A stretch of 38,141 nucleotides of DNA from Phoronis australis (Eukaryota > Animalia > Phoronida). The position numbers and the translations under genes are program-made. Every line of letters starts with the position of its first letter. The stretch's first letter is position 1. The notes under the pieces were generated by a model. That model had not been told where the DNA came from. It saw nothing but the letters and a program-made list of their open reading frames with translations, and did not search any database. The stretch lies in contig NMRA01000418.1 in assembly GCA_002633005.1 (NCBI GenBank), positions 1 through 38,141 of the forward strand. The letters run 5' to 3'. Shown in pieces: positions 24,430-36,659 of this stretch.

Positions 24430-25300
24430 TTGTTATGGTGACACGTGTTCAAATGAATTTAAAGAATGAATACGTTACAAAACAGGAGCACCCAGGCTTC
24501 CACAGGTCTTATAAGTCACTTTAGGCTCATGATACAAAAGAAAAAAAACAAGTGTACTCGCATTGCAAGAGGACCAAAAAGACAACACAGAGATAAGAGC
24601 GATCATACATCAATATAATTTTTCCTTACTTCAAAAATATTTTTGATGAAAAATGAAGTTTTTCTGATAACATCTTTTTGCATGATTGTAATTAATTTAC
24701 TTTCACAGCTTTCTGCACTAAATCGTAAATATTTAATCTCAACGTAACAATAAAAGGTGTTTCTGGCGTCTAAGAAAAACGGACACTCAAACAGAAGATG
24801 TACTTCAGTTTCGACCTGACAAATATGACAAAGACAGCAAATTCTATCATCAAATTCTACAGAACGAAAACTCCCAACCTCAACCAATAGCTGTAGGATT
24901 CCGGTTCTAAGTTGAGCAAGAATTGACCTACTAACTGCACGTAAGACTCAACTTCAAAAACATTCTGTATCAAAACATAGATTCTTAACCACCTATCACA
25001 AGCCAAATCACATAAATATTCTTACAGTGGGAAAGATTGACGATACGTAAGTTATGAAAACAATCCGAAATCCTTAATTCTTCAAAAACGTTCAAAACTT
25101 CAGAAGACTAATTATTAGTACAGGTGGTGTAGTCCCACCAAAATATTCGATAGTCTATCTTCCTCGAAATTAATAACATGATTGCGCATTCTCAAAAGCT
25201 TAGTTTTCCGCCTAACACTGGGGAATTCCCACCCCATGATTAGGAGCGAATTTGTGAATGTCCAAGAAAACTTGCACGGCTCTATTCTGAATGACATCAT
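24430..25300 (-). mobile_element. LINE 3' fragment with C-terminal CCHC finger (RTEX/I-group-like)
   Basis: RSILAQLRTGILQLLVEVGSF..DRICCLCHICQVETEVHLLFECPFFLDAR, followed by a short UTR and a (TAA)n tail. Confidence 0.8.
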
Positions 25301-25313
25301 AAACTAGAGCCCC

Positions 25314-25360
<47 letters not shown>
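25314..25360. repeat. (ATT)n microsatellite
   Basis: About 15 perfect units. Confidence 0.98.
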
Positions 25361-25361
<1 letters not shown>

Positions 25362-25479
25362 GTATATGTGTCAACAAATAGAAAGGAGCAAAGCACATTT
25401 AAAACAATACTTGTACGAGATATAACTGTAAGAGACTGTTACATGTATAGCATCAGATTGTGGGGGAACGAAATCAAAT

Positions 25480-26560
25480 CATGACGCAGCGTCTAGAAAT
25501 ACTGATCTAACGTTAAACCTTTTCTCAAACTGCAAGCGAATTTCGTGTAATATTACGATACAGCTTTGTTTCCAAGCACGAATTCGAAATGTCGAGGTAA
25601 GGTGCTCAAAATTTTTGTGGCAAATAATTATTTGGGCAATTCCATTTGTGACGGACGTACAACTAGAGAACATTATCTCAATTGTGAAAAAATATTCATC
25701 TTAGGAAAGTAATTAATACACCAATTGACAGCTCTCGTTGATAGCTTTAAATTAAAGCGTGTATCATTTTTCTCCTATCTTTTTATCTGACTGAGAAAAT
25801 TGCATTTAAAGGGGTGTGACGGACGTATGCAGAGAATTTGGATTTTTTAAAAAAGCTTAACTTTAATTTTCTGTGAGTTGACCTTTGACCCCAAGTAATC
25901 TATGATAAACCTTAGGCCTCATGTGACTGGACAAATTCGATAGTATAGTGATGTACTCATAATTAGCTTTTTATTACAATAATTAGCACAACACGTGAAA
26001 GTCGAGCTAAGATTTTAGGGTCAGGTGACCATCAAAATTGGGACCATCTAGGCGAAAATTAAAAGTTATAAGACAATAAAATATAAGCCCTGAAAGTAGA
26101 AAGAATGGGCATTCAGATGAGACCAGAAATTTAGTGTAGCCATAATTTGCCCATTTGTAATCGCTTGGATAACGGGTTGAGAAGTCTTATAGGGCGATAG
26201 TAGGCCATGTCCGTTTTCGAGTCTTTTTGTGTAGAGATATCATTATTCTGAGTTAACAAGGCATAGAGAATTTTCCTGATGTTATATAGTGTTGTCAGAG
26301 GGACTGTGAGTTCTTTTGTAACGGTTTTCATCATTTTATTTGGTTATTAGGTCGGTTCTGTTCTTTTTGTATTCGCCTATGTTTAGTTTTATGACCTCAG
26401 AGGATTTGGCTTGTATGAGTCAGAGGTATTCAAATGATGTACCAGGGAATTCAGAAGAGGTTTTTTGTTGGTTTAATGTGACTTTTGGATGTGAAGTACT
26501 GGAGGAAAAAGTTACTCTTCTCAAAATTGAATGACGCATGAGTGTTGAGGACCCAAGGCT
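25480..26560 (-). mobile_element. CR1-like LINE RT N-terminal remnant, interrupted at about 25560-26150 by unrelated repeat DNA
   Basis: EKSNFFLQYFTS, ELTVPLTTLYN, YYRPIRLLNPLSK, and after the interruption VRSVFLD. Confidence 0.6.
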
Positions 26561-27094
26561 TCATTTGAATTGGTGTTGCTGGTGTATCCTCGAAGTTTAT
26601 TGATTATATTCGAGTTCACACTGAGTTGCGTTCCGTTCACCTAATTACCACTCGCGCGAAAAGCTTCGCATGTAATGCACTGGGATGTTTCGCGAAGACA
26701 TGCGTTATTTTGCTTTTCAACAGAACACAACCTAGTTGCCCGTTACGTTGATGCAATAACCTCCAACAGCTCAAGATCACTCGAGCCTTCGAGAGATATC
26801 GCCATCCATGAATTACAAGCAAACCCCGTGCTCACACGAACTTTCTAACAAAGTACTTGTGTCTACGGGACTCGACCCCACTAGAAACGTTGTTGCACTA
26901 CCGCCACCCTAGTATATTTAATGTCGCTCATTCAGAGGTAAACAGTAAATGGCGCTGAACGTTGTCCATCAAACACTCTCCTAGTGATACATCTTGTTTC
27001 AATATGTCGCACCTATATAAAACCATGGCTATACCAGAACTGATTTAATTCGAATTTTATTTTTTGTTTAGGTCTGGACTCGCGAACAACAGAA

Positions 27095-27152
27095 ATGACA
27101 GATTCGTCGTTGGCAGCTGCCTTGATTATTATTATTATTGTGGGCGTGAAAG
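27095..27152 (+). CDS. Signal-peptide exon of an IgSF gene (MTDSSLAAALIIIIIVGVK-G)
   Basis: Acceptor ttttgtttAG ends at 27071, ATG at 27095, hydrophobic core, phase-1 donor AG|GTGGGG at 27153. It splices in frame to 29199 and gives a VDA-AL cleavage-like site. Confidence 0.6.
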
Positions 27153-29198
27153 GTGGGGTGAAATTTGTGTCATATTTCATGTTCAATAAAGGCTTATTTT
27201 CTTAAATAACTCTTTCGAAACAAACCGAAATGGAATATTAGATGTCTACTTTATCTGGATTGTAAACATATCTGTTAAAGATGTATATATCGGGCGTCTC
27301 AAAATGCACAAGTGCAGGATAAGATGACGATGGTGCTTCTCATTGATTACACCAGTTCTAGCGAAGCATGCGCAATAGGCCTTATGCACGCAGTCGTCAT
27401 TTTAAAAAAGAAGTTTGAAGAATGCAGTTGGGAATAAATATAACGATGCACACAAAAATATCGCGTCTTGCACTTTGACTAAGCGCGGAATGCATTGCGT
27501 TTTAAAACCAAAATAGGAGGCTTTGCGTGATATTGCGACTGCTTGAATAAGGTGTATTAAATTTTGTATTGAGCAATGACGATGAAATCAGGAAACGGAA
27601 CTACAGCCACCAGCAGTTACTTATGTTTTAAAAAACTATGTTTGAGACATTCATTTTAATAGCAAGTCGTTAAAAAGATGTTTAAGAACGTCAGAGTTAT
27701 GAAAATGCGCCAAATTGACTAACGCTTTCAGCAACGTAACATTGCTTTATGACGTTTCAGAGGTAAGACATGTTTCTGAAAGCGTTAGGCAGCACTGCAT
27801 AAATACATGATTTCTGGACTTGTTTTTGGTCCTCTTTTTAATAAAGCATTGTTTAGTCATAGTATGATTAATCTTAAATTACTCAGCATTTCTCACTCAA
27901 CACTTACATGTACATGTGTAGACTTTTATGCACTTTTTGGAAAGCTTAGTGAGGTTAAATCTGTGTTTTTCAAAATTAGTCTTTTGTCTCTCGTTGGACG
28001 GATACCATGTTTAACATAAAAAGCTTAACCCGAGCAATCAATGTCTTACACCAAACCTGTAATTCAGAGTAAAAGACAAAGGTGTTGAAAGCCAGCTTTC
28101 AGCACAGATGTAAGTCGTCTGACACTTTTCGGACATAGTTAGGTTGGATGAATCCATGTTTAAGAAGCTTCGTTTTCTTATTGTAGGTTTGCTTTTGCAG
28201 ATTTTGAAATGAATGTTCTTCAAGAGGCCATCACTATCAGAGGAGGTTTTTGACAGATAACTACAGCCAATTAAAATATTAGTTTCAATTGACACATTTT
28301 ATAAGGAAATGAAATCACTATTACAACGTACCTCTTGTGCAATCGCTGAACTAGCAAAATCTTTTGAGAATTTTGAGAAACCTCAGTTTTGAGAGTTTGT
28401 TTTGTATTTACATTTCTCAAATAACCTGGAATGTGCTACGACACGACTAGTTAATGACACCAAGCTCGTAATTTTTGGATATTATATGGGCGAATCACAA
28501 AGTAGTGCAAATTGGACATACATAGACTTTACATTTTATGGTCTGCAAAACACTAAAACGACTAAACGCGCGCCAACGAAACAATGCCGGAATTCCGAGA
28601 AGGTGACAAGGTTATGATTGACAAATCGGGTGTCGCAACTTTACGTACTCCCAGTCGGAATGACATGCAAACAACTTCTTAAACGGACACATCTTCGGCG
28701 GCAAATTCCATATCCACGTTAATTCAAATGGATACAAGCCCCGACTCAAGAAACGCGGAGAGACTGTCGAGCTGTGGTGTCTCTAGGTCAATTCAGTGCT
28801 CACGCGCTGGAAACCTTGCTGACTGCTACTTCTCGACATTTTTTTAACTTTTAATATTACAACTTCAAAGACTATTTATTAGATTCTAACTTGAATATTT
28901 GCTACGAAAGCTGCAATTTACGATTGTTAAGCTTAAAATAAAACTATTAACAAAAAGTAACTGAATTACTTTACATTGCGCAAGCGTGTTTTTACAAAAG
29001 TTGCGTCATGTGGTTGAAAGTTTTAGACACGTCGAGTTTTTCGGCAAAAATATCGTTTTTACAGTTCATGAGAGAAAACAAATCCTACAATCGTCTCAGA
29101 TTTATGAACCTGATACTCGTGTAGGATTCTCTATGTATTATACGATCAATACTGATGAACACCCCTAGATCCAAAGGTTTTGCGCTTGTTTATTGCAG

Positions 29199-29564
29199 GT
29201 GTTGTTGATGCAGCTCTTGATGTGAATGTTCCTAGTGAGATCATCGCTGTGAAGGGAGGCTTAGCTGTATTTGAAATCAGCTACACAGAGAGTGGTGGTG
29301 ATACCTTCAACAGTTTTGCATTGAATAAGGGAGCACAGAATGTGTTTACTGCACCTCTCGCTGTTCAAGGCCAGTATTTCCGCAATGGATCATTCTCAGG
29401 ACTCTATAAAACCCGTGCTTCTACTAACTACTATTTTGGCAGGACTCAGTTCACCATCACTCTAAGTGGAATTACAACAAGTGATAAGGGAGAGTACCAA
29501 ATAAAGTTTACTATAAACCGCAACGTAGCTGTCCCATCTGCTGTAACTCAACTTGTGTTGGATG
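29199..29564 (+). CDS. Exon encoding a V-type immunoglobulin domain lacking the canonical disulfide
   Basis: ttattgcAG acceptor and G|GTAAGT donor; 366 nt, phase 1-1; AVKGGLAVFEISY (B strand), YKTRA, FTITLSGITTSDKGEYQI (E-F strands, DxGxY), TQLVL (G strand). Confidence 0.88.
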
Positions 29565-31128
29565 GTAAGTACATGTAAGGCTTTGCATTAGAAATGTTGA
29601 TGTTTGCCAAGCAATGGAGCAATGTGCTTTTATTGGTTTGCTTTAGAGTTTTGGTCTTGGCCTCTTCAGTGTATTTTAGACCTGTGTACTGTATGCAAAA
29701 ATGCAGGTTCGTATCGAAATTGGGCTAGTAGTACAGGAGTACTCAAGATTGGGCATAAATTCACAAATTTTGAGCAGATTATTTACCAAGTTGTTACTCA
29801 CTTAGTGAAAACCTAATAATAGAAATGAAAGACGATTTTTAAATTAGAAATTAAAAACAAATTTCAAATCATTCACTAAAAATACGAGTCCTGAAGCCGG
29901 AATCTCCCCGACTCATTCTAAATGTAATCAATGAATCACAAGGCTTCTTCATCACCAGCCTAGGTTATGAGTAACGTTTTCTGTTATTAGCGGATTGTTT
30001 ACTTTGTTTTGGACTATATCCAACTAAATACATATAGACCGGGATCCCAGAGCTTTTTTGGACATGAAAAGGTAATCAATTTTCTTTGGTGCCACGCTGC
30101 TCTATGGATATCCTGATGCTTGGAAATGGTTGTCTGGCAGGTTCGCTATGGTGGGTGTGGTCAGGGGAGCCAAGAAAATGACACTCAAAAATTGATCTAG
30201 ATCAACTTTTGTGGTAACCACTTCAAACTGCCTTGGATACCTCCTACGTAATCCACTGCATCAAAATTGGTCAGACGGTTATAAACAAGGTGCAAAAATT
30301 GAGCTAGATCAATCCAAGAGGTAACCGCATGAAATCAGTTGCAAAATATTCACTGTGAGCCCAGGTATCACGAATGAACACTGCCAGACAAATCTAGTGG
30401 TGGGTTAGCCCCGCCAGACACGCTCAAATACCCGCAAATACCCGAGTTGAGCTAGATCAACCCACCAGGTAACCGTTTGAAACCAATTGCACGATGTTCA
30501 GCATCACTGTACATGACACAAGTGTTAGATGCCCGACGTTTTCAGTGGTGGGTTGCCTCTGCCAGACGATTATCAAAAAGGGTTAAAAATTGAGCTAGGT
30601 CAACCCAAGAGTTAACAGCTTAAATCCAGTTCCAAAATATTCACTGTAAGCCCAGGCATCACGAATAAACACTGCCAGACAAATCTAGTGGTGGGTTATC
30701 CCCGCCAGACACGCCCAAAGACCTGAGTTGAGCTAGATCAACCCAAGAGGTAGCCGCATGAAACCAGTTGCAAAATATTCGCTGTAAGCCAATGTATCAA
30801 GAATAAATACTGCCAGACAAATCTAGCGGTGGGTTAGCCCCGCCAGACAAGCCCAAATACCCGAGTTGAGCTAGATCAACCCACCAGGTAACCGTTTGAA
30901 ATCAATTGCACGATGTTCAGCATCTCTGTACATGACACAAGTGTTAGATGCCCGACATTTTCAGTTGTGGGTTGCCTCTGCCAGACGATTATCAAAAAGG
31001 GTTAAAAATTAAGCTAGATCAACCCAAGAGGTAACCGCTTAAAACCAGTTCCAAAATATTCACCGTAAGCCCAGGTATCACGAATAAACACTGCCAGACA
31101 AATCAAGTGGTGGGTTATCCCCGCCAGA

Positions 31129-31782
31129 NNNNNNNNNNNNNNNNNNNNNNNNNNNNNNNNNNNNNNNNNNNNNNNNNNNNNNNNNNNNNNNNNNNNNNNN
31201 NNNNNNNNNNNNNNNNNNNNNNNNNNNNNNNNNNNNNNNNNNNNNNNNNNNNNNNNNNNNNNNNNNNNNNNNNNNNNNNNNNNNNNNNNNNNNNNNNNNN
31301 NNNNNNNNNNNNNNNNNNNNNNNNNNNNNNNNNNNNNNNNNNNNNNNNNNNNNNNNNNNNNNNNNNNNNNNNNNNNNNNNNNNNNNNNNNNNNNNNNNNN
31401 NNNNNNNNNNNNNNNNNNNNNNNNNNNNNNNNNNNNNNNNNNNNNNNNNNNNNNNNNNNNNNNNNNNNNNNNNNNNNNNNNNNNNNNNNNNNNNNNNNNN
31501 NNNNNNNNNNNNNNNNNNNNNNNNNNNNNNNNNNNNNNNNNNNNNNNNNNNNNNNNNNNNNNNNNNNNNNNNNNNNNNNNNNNNNNNNNNNNNNNNNNNN
31601 NNNNNNNNNNNNNNNNNNNNNNNNNNNNNNNNNNNNNNNNNNNNNNNNNNNNNNNNNNNNNNNNNNNNNNNNNNNNNNNNNNNNNNNNNNNNNNNNNNNN
31701 NNNNNNNNNNNNNNNNNNNNNNNNNNNNNNNNNNNNNNNNNNNNNNNNNNNNNNNNNNNNNNNNNNNNNNNNNNNNNNNNNN
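31129..31782. other. Assembly gap
   Basis: Run of n. Confidence 1.
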
Positions 31783-31973
31783 ATTAAGGAAAATACTTGA
31801 TTTTTAGATGTAAAAACAGAAAAATTTCCTGGGCGGAAGGGGGGCAAACCCCCCTCCCGACCTCCCCCCATTCGGTGCTATGCGCATCTACAATCGTGGT
31901 TCAGTTTGCGCAAATGTTTACAGCCGGACAAAATGTTGGCCCCCCCCCTTGGGATATCCTAGATCCGCCACTG
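31783..31973. mobile_element. Right end of a MITE with the same TIR type as 4174-4252
   Basis: Ends in AGATCCGCCACTG, after which the Academ repeat unit resumes (CAGGTAACCGTTTGAAACC). The left end is in the gap. Confidence 0.75.
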
Positions 31974-32379
31974 CAGGTAACCGTTTGAAACCAATCGTCC
32001 GATGTTCAGCATCACACACACGTGGCACAACAGTAAGATGCCCCAATCAGACAAATAAAGAGTCGAAACAAAATTGATTATGCATGTAAGTCCATTCACA
32101 ATGAATAAGCATCACATTGAGGAACCAGGCACTTCGATTTTTAATAAAGCCACTGAGTCTGTACGACATAGTTTACCACAGAAGGTGAAAGATTTTTGTC
32201 CACAAGTTTACGTCAGGGCATGAAAACCAGAAACATCGCGCCTGGTGTCGCAGCGACCTCACAAGTCCATGCGAAAACAGCGGAATAATCCACATGATTC
32301 ACTTTTAAATAGCACATTGTGTTTGCACGAATTTTGATTTTTCGTTGTCCTATTTTACCAGTCCAAGCTGTATCAACAT

Positions 32380-32565
32380 TTCCCCGGTTATGCTAGATGT
32401 ATACTTTGCCCAGAACCGCCCAAACTACGCCAGATGGGGAACATTGTTTTACCATAAGTTGAAATTTGTAGACCGAATATTACGTAAAGTGTTTTCTCAG
32501 TGCTACGTACGAGGAAGAACTTCAGTAGATCGGCTGTTGACCTCTCTCTGGAGCAATCCGTATTT
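32380..32565 (+). pseudogene. Academ transposase fragment
   Basis: YFAQNRPNYARW followed, after a frameshift, by RTRKNFSRSAVDLSLEQSV; this matches the Academ FFAxxxxNYARW...FSxxxxDxxxEQ signature. Confidence 0.8.
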
Positions 32566-33473
32566 TTATGTTTGATATGGTGTTCTCCAAAAAGGCTGAA
32601 AACACCTCTGCGGCACCTGATATTGAGTACGTACAGCCGTGTTAGATTTCGTGGAAAACATCAAAGGTGTAACGTAGATTAAACATTCTGTTCATGTTGG
32701 GAACATGTTATTCACAGTTCGTGGGTATAACGTGTCCTGATAGTTTTTCAATGAGATTGACAATCATTTCATTTGCACGACACAGGTATGCGGGCAATGG
32801 AACTATTCGCTTTCTGTCTTTATAGTGATTATAAAACACGTTCGAATTAATTATTCATAGATTTTCTTTATGGGGATCAGTCACATTGGGGGAGGGTGTT
32901 GCAGTTGAATTAAATAAAGGTTCTAGTTGATGCTTCACGTTTTTACTTTTATAATTAATAGTACAGGCCTGTAGCCGTGGCGGGGGGCGATTTGATCGAA
33001 TCCTTCCCCCGCCGAAAAGGTCCAGCCCTAGCATATTCGTTAAACATGGGATATGAATGGATAATAACAACAAAATTGTTGCAGCTACTGGTGCTACTAA
33101 CTACAATGATGCATTTAACTAAGTTAGTAACAATTTTCAATTTGCCTCCTATTCAAAGCGCTTTACGTGTCATCGGGTCGTACTCGGCAAACTTCGCCTG
33201 AGTGCCTCAGGATCGTGCATATGATAAGAGGAGGCTTTATGTTATTCATAAACCACGCGCCTGGTGGCTACATCAAAGGGTAACAAGTGAGTCCAAATGT
33301 GAATGTCTATACCTAAGCAAAAAAGTCTAACCCTACCACCTTAGAAAGCTACATATTTTGTAAATAGCACTGAGAGAGTTCCCAAAAAATAGTGCGGTGT
33401 AAATGCCTTAAACTCGGCCAAGAAACAAAACAGTAGAAATTTGAGATTTGTTATTCTGCTATTTTGGTTTTAA

Positions 33474-33617
33474 GAGGCATTATCTGAGAAAACCTGCAGA
33501 GGTCGGCGGAGGCATGTTAAAATTCATGGATTTCGTCAATGGGGNGTATCAACTTAATTGATGAAAGTGCCTCCGCCAACATTTTGCAATTTTGCAGGTT
33601 TTCTCAGATAATGCCTC
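33474..33617. mobile_element. TTAA-site MITE (Sola3- or Kolobok-like termini)
   Basis: Perfect 25-bp TIR GAGGCATTATCTGAGAAAACCTGCA with TTAA on both sides; an internal n may hide extra sequence. Confidence 0.85.
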
Positions 33618-33787
33618 TTAATTGCAAGCACGGTACGGTAGAGGTGTAGGCATTTTCAAATTTTGAATTGAAGATGATCGTCAAAAATCCAAATATGTTG
33701 TTCATCCAGTGTCCACTTTGATTGTGGATTGGTGGATTGATATGAATGCCTGTACACGTTTGAACGTTTCTGTTCTTTTAAATTCAG

Positions 33788-33799
33788 TACACGCTGACG
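33788..33799 (+). CDS. Candidate 12-nt phase 1-1 microexon (V-H-A-D)
   Basis: tttctgttcttttaaattcAG|TACACGCTGACG|GTAAGC; in frame with the Ig exon (…QLVLD-VHAD), but it lies inside nested transposons. Confidence 0.3.
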
Positions 33800-34029
33800 G
33801 TAAGCTCATTATAGGCAGTCCTCCGTAATGCTAAAAACCAGACATTCAACTACCGTGTTTTCTAGCACTGAGAAAACACCGTTGAGCATATTCACGTTAT
33901 GATGGAAAAGAAGGCGTAGACCTCAATTTTGGTCAATGAAAATCTTCTCTAGTCAATCAATGTCAATGATGCACAACCCTGCAGACTTCATACGAGCTAC
34001 AAACTTGATAGAAAAGATTTCCCAGATTC

Positions 34030-35151
34030 CATGTCACTATGACGAAGGTTCAATACTCCGAAGGTGCAGTACTCCGAATGCCCATTACTCCGAAGGTTCG
34101 TTATCTTCTAAAATTCACTAATCTCCGGTATTCCAAAACCAGGACCAGGTCTCTAGTCTTTGGGCTCGAAATGAACTCGAAATTATCTTTGGCAATACCT
34201 CTCCTCCTTTTGTGCGAGTTCAAGATAAGTAGTTATCAGACTGTGCTCGAATAAGTATAGTTGATGCATGTGAGTTTTTAGTCCAAGTTTGTACGTAAAA
34301 CCCGCCCTTATATTCGTGCTACAACCTCGAGTAAAAACTCGAAGTTTGGAACTCAAACTCGAACTTTTAGCTTTAATGATGGATTGATCAACTGCAAACA
34401 AGGACTAATAAATCATCCACGTAAGTCATTATGTACTCAAGCATATAGAGTAATAGACACTTATCTGGAGTTCGCACTAAAGTAGAGAAATGCCAAACAT
34501 AATTTCGAATTCAATTTCGAGTAAAAAGATTCGAGACTCAGGGCCGAGAACTCCAATAGTTCACTACTCTGATTGTGTGATCACGACTCACTCTCAAGCA
34601 GAGACAACATCTGGGGCACGGCTGCGGCGACCAACGGCGGTTTCAAATTTAAGAAGATCAAATGGGACTCCCTGATTTTGTGAGAAGTGGCAGGGAAAGG
34701 GTGGCCTACTAACTTCATTTAGTTTCAACCTGGCCGTGCGTCGCGCTGCCATTCGATCTTGACATGGACTTGATGAATTGTGTCATGGTTGATAATCCAT
34801 CAGTATTCCTACTTCGTATCATTTTTAAATGCAAGTGTGTACACATTTCAAGACATGTGGGCAATTTCGCATACGCTTGAAATCTGACTTCGGTTTCCAG
34901 TTGTGCGCCAGCTGGAGACGGTGGTCATTGTCCACATTGAATCCAAACCAACTGTTTTAGTGCCCGGGTGTTGGTTTCGGTATGGGTGCATCTAATAACT
35001 GAAATATCGTTCATTTTTTAATGTAAAAGTTTCAAAATCACATCTGAGTTTGAAAGTTGAGATATTTTCGAAGGGGTTAATCTTCGAATTAGTGAATCGT
35101 CAAACTAGTGAACCTTCCGAGTAGTAAACCTTCGAAATAGTGGGATGTTCC
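34030..35151. mobile_element. Non-autonomous DNA element with about 16-bp subterminal tandem repeats
   Basis: Left (TACTCCGAAGGTTCA-like)n and inverted copies on the right (TGAACCTTCCGAGTAG, AACCTTCGAAATAGTGGGATGTTCCC). Confidence 0.6.
34142..34545. mobile_element. MITE with about 55-bp imperfect TIRs (Harbinger-like termini)
   Basis: GGACCAGGTCTC...CTCGAAATGAACTCGAAATTATCTTTGGCA is mirrored by TGCCAAACATAATTTCGAATTCAATTTCGAG...GAGACTCAGGGCC. Confidence 0.7.
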
Positions 35152-35579
35152 CATTTTTAGCGATGTAAGGAACTTAAGTAATGCAACCAGATAAACAATT
35201 TTGTTAAGTCATTCACTGACTAAACTTCTTATCTCCGTTTGAGTATGCAATGAGGTGTAATCACTCATTTACGCATGGCTGATTTGAAACTTTGTCAAGA
35301 GATAATGCGAGAATGTTCTCTTCCCCCTAATTAAGCTGAGTCAAAGGCCTTACGGAAATTTCTACTTTTCGACGTTTGCAAAATACCAAAGGTCTACCGT
35401 TCTTGAAATTGGAACCACCCCCCGCTCAATGCTGGCTACAGGCCTGAATAGCATATACGCATTTGAGTAGAGAGATAGGGGCATCTAATATAAAGTCACC
35501 CCTGCATCGACCAAACCTCTGCATGCTACTGCCCCACCGCTAGAAATGTATGTAAAGTACCTTTTGTTGCATGCAGAAT

Positions 35580-36625
35580 GTTGCTCGACATTATACAAAT
35601 GGTTTCAAACGGTTACCTGGCGGGTAAATCTGGTCGAACTCAGATATTTGATCGTGTGTGGCGGGGCCAATCCAGCACTAGACTAGTCTCGCAGTGTTTA
35701 TTCATGATACATGGGCTTACGTGGAATATTTTGCAACTGGTTTCATGCGGTTACCTCTTGGGTTGATTTACTTCAAATTTCAACCCTTCCTTAGTCGTCT
35801 GGCAGGTACACCCCATCACTGAAATTGTCTGGCATCTTACTGTTATACGATGTACAGTGATGCTGAGCATCATGCAAACGGTTACGTCGTGGGTTGATAT
35901 AGCTCAACTCATGTATTTGGGCTTGTCTGGCGGGGCTTACCCACCACGAGATTTGTCTGGCAGTGTTTATTCGTGATACCTGGGCTTACGGTGAATATTT
36001 TGGAACTGGTTTTAAGCGGTTACCTCTTGGGTTGATCTAGCTCAATTTTAAACCCTTTTTGATAATCGTCTGGCAGGGGCACCCCACCACTGAAATTGTC
36101 TGGCATCTAACACTTGTGCCATGTACATTCATGCTGAACATCGTGTAATTGGTTTCAAACAGTTACCTGGTGGGTTGATCTAGCTCAACTCGGGTATTTG
36201 GGCGTGTCTGGCGAGGCTAACCCACCACTAGATTTGCCTGGCAGTGTTCATTCGTGATACCTGGGCTCACGGTGAATATTTTGCATCTGGTTTCATGCGG
36301 TTACCTCTTGGATTGATCTAGCTCAATTTTTGCACCTTGTTTATAACCGTCTTGCTGATACTCCCCACCACTGAAATTGTCTGGCAATGACCAATTTTGA
36401 TACAGTGGATTACATGGTAGGTATCCAAGGCAGTTTGAAGTGGTTACCAGAAAAGTTGAAATAGCTCAATTTTTGAGTGTCATTCTCTTGCCTCCTTTGA
36501 CCATACCCACCATAGCGAGCCTGCCAGACAACCATTTCCAAGCATCACGATACCCATAGAGCACTGTGGCACCAAAGAAAATTGGCTACCTTTTCATGCC
36601 CAAAAAGCTCTGGGATCCCGGTCTA
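35580..36625 (-). repeat. Right arm of Academ (inverted copy of the left arm)
   Basis: Reverse complement of 30035-31128, with the same A/B units. Confidence 0.93.
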
Positions 36626-36659
36626 CATAGTAATGAAAGAAATATCATTCTTCCTATGA

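Larger units (their letters stand above)
30190..32040 (+). repeat. Left arm: about 140-bp tandem units of two types (A/B), spanning the N-gap
   Basis: TTGAGCTAGATCAA-like motif recurs near 30192, 30299, 30448, 30591, 30729, 30867 and 31010; the unit resumes at 31974. Confidence 0.9.
32964..35446. mobile_element. hAT-like non-autonomous element nested in Academ
   Basis: Perfect 13-bp TIR CAGGCCTGTAGCC / GGCTACAGGCCTG; flanks AATAGTA and AATAGCA form an imperfect TSD. Confidence 0.6.
30035..36625 (+). mobile_element. Academ DNA transposon, non-autonomous, with foldback-type long TIRs
   Basis: Termini TAGACCGGGATCCCAG / CTGGGATCCCGGTCTA, 4-bp TSD CATA (30031-30034 and 36626-36629), inverted arms of more than 1 kb, and an internal Academ transposase remnant. 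Confidence 0.88.

Noticed and set aside
26860-26910. tRNA/SINE-like A and B boxes on the minus strand
   Set aside because: Box spacing is only about 16 nt and no cloverleaf forms.
30190-31128. CRISPR-like regular repeat
   Set aside because: The intervening sequences are themselves repeated (A/B units), the context is eukaryotic, and there are no cas genes.
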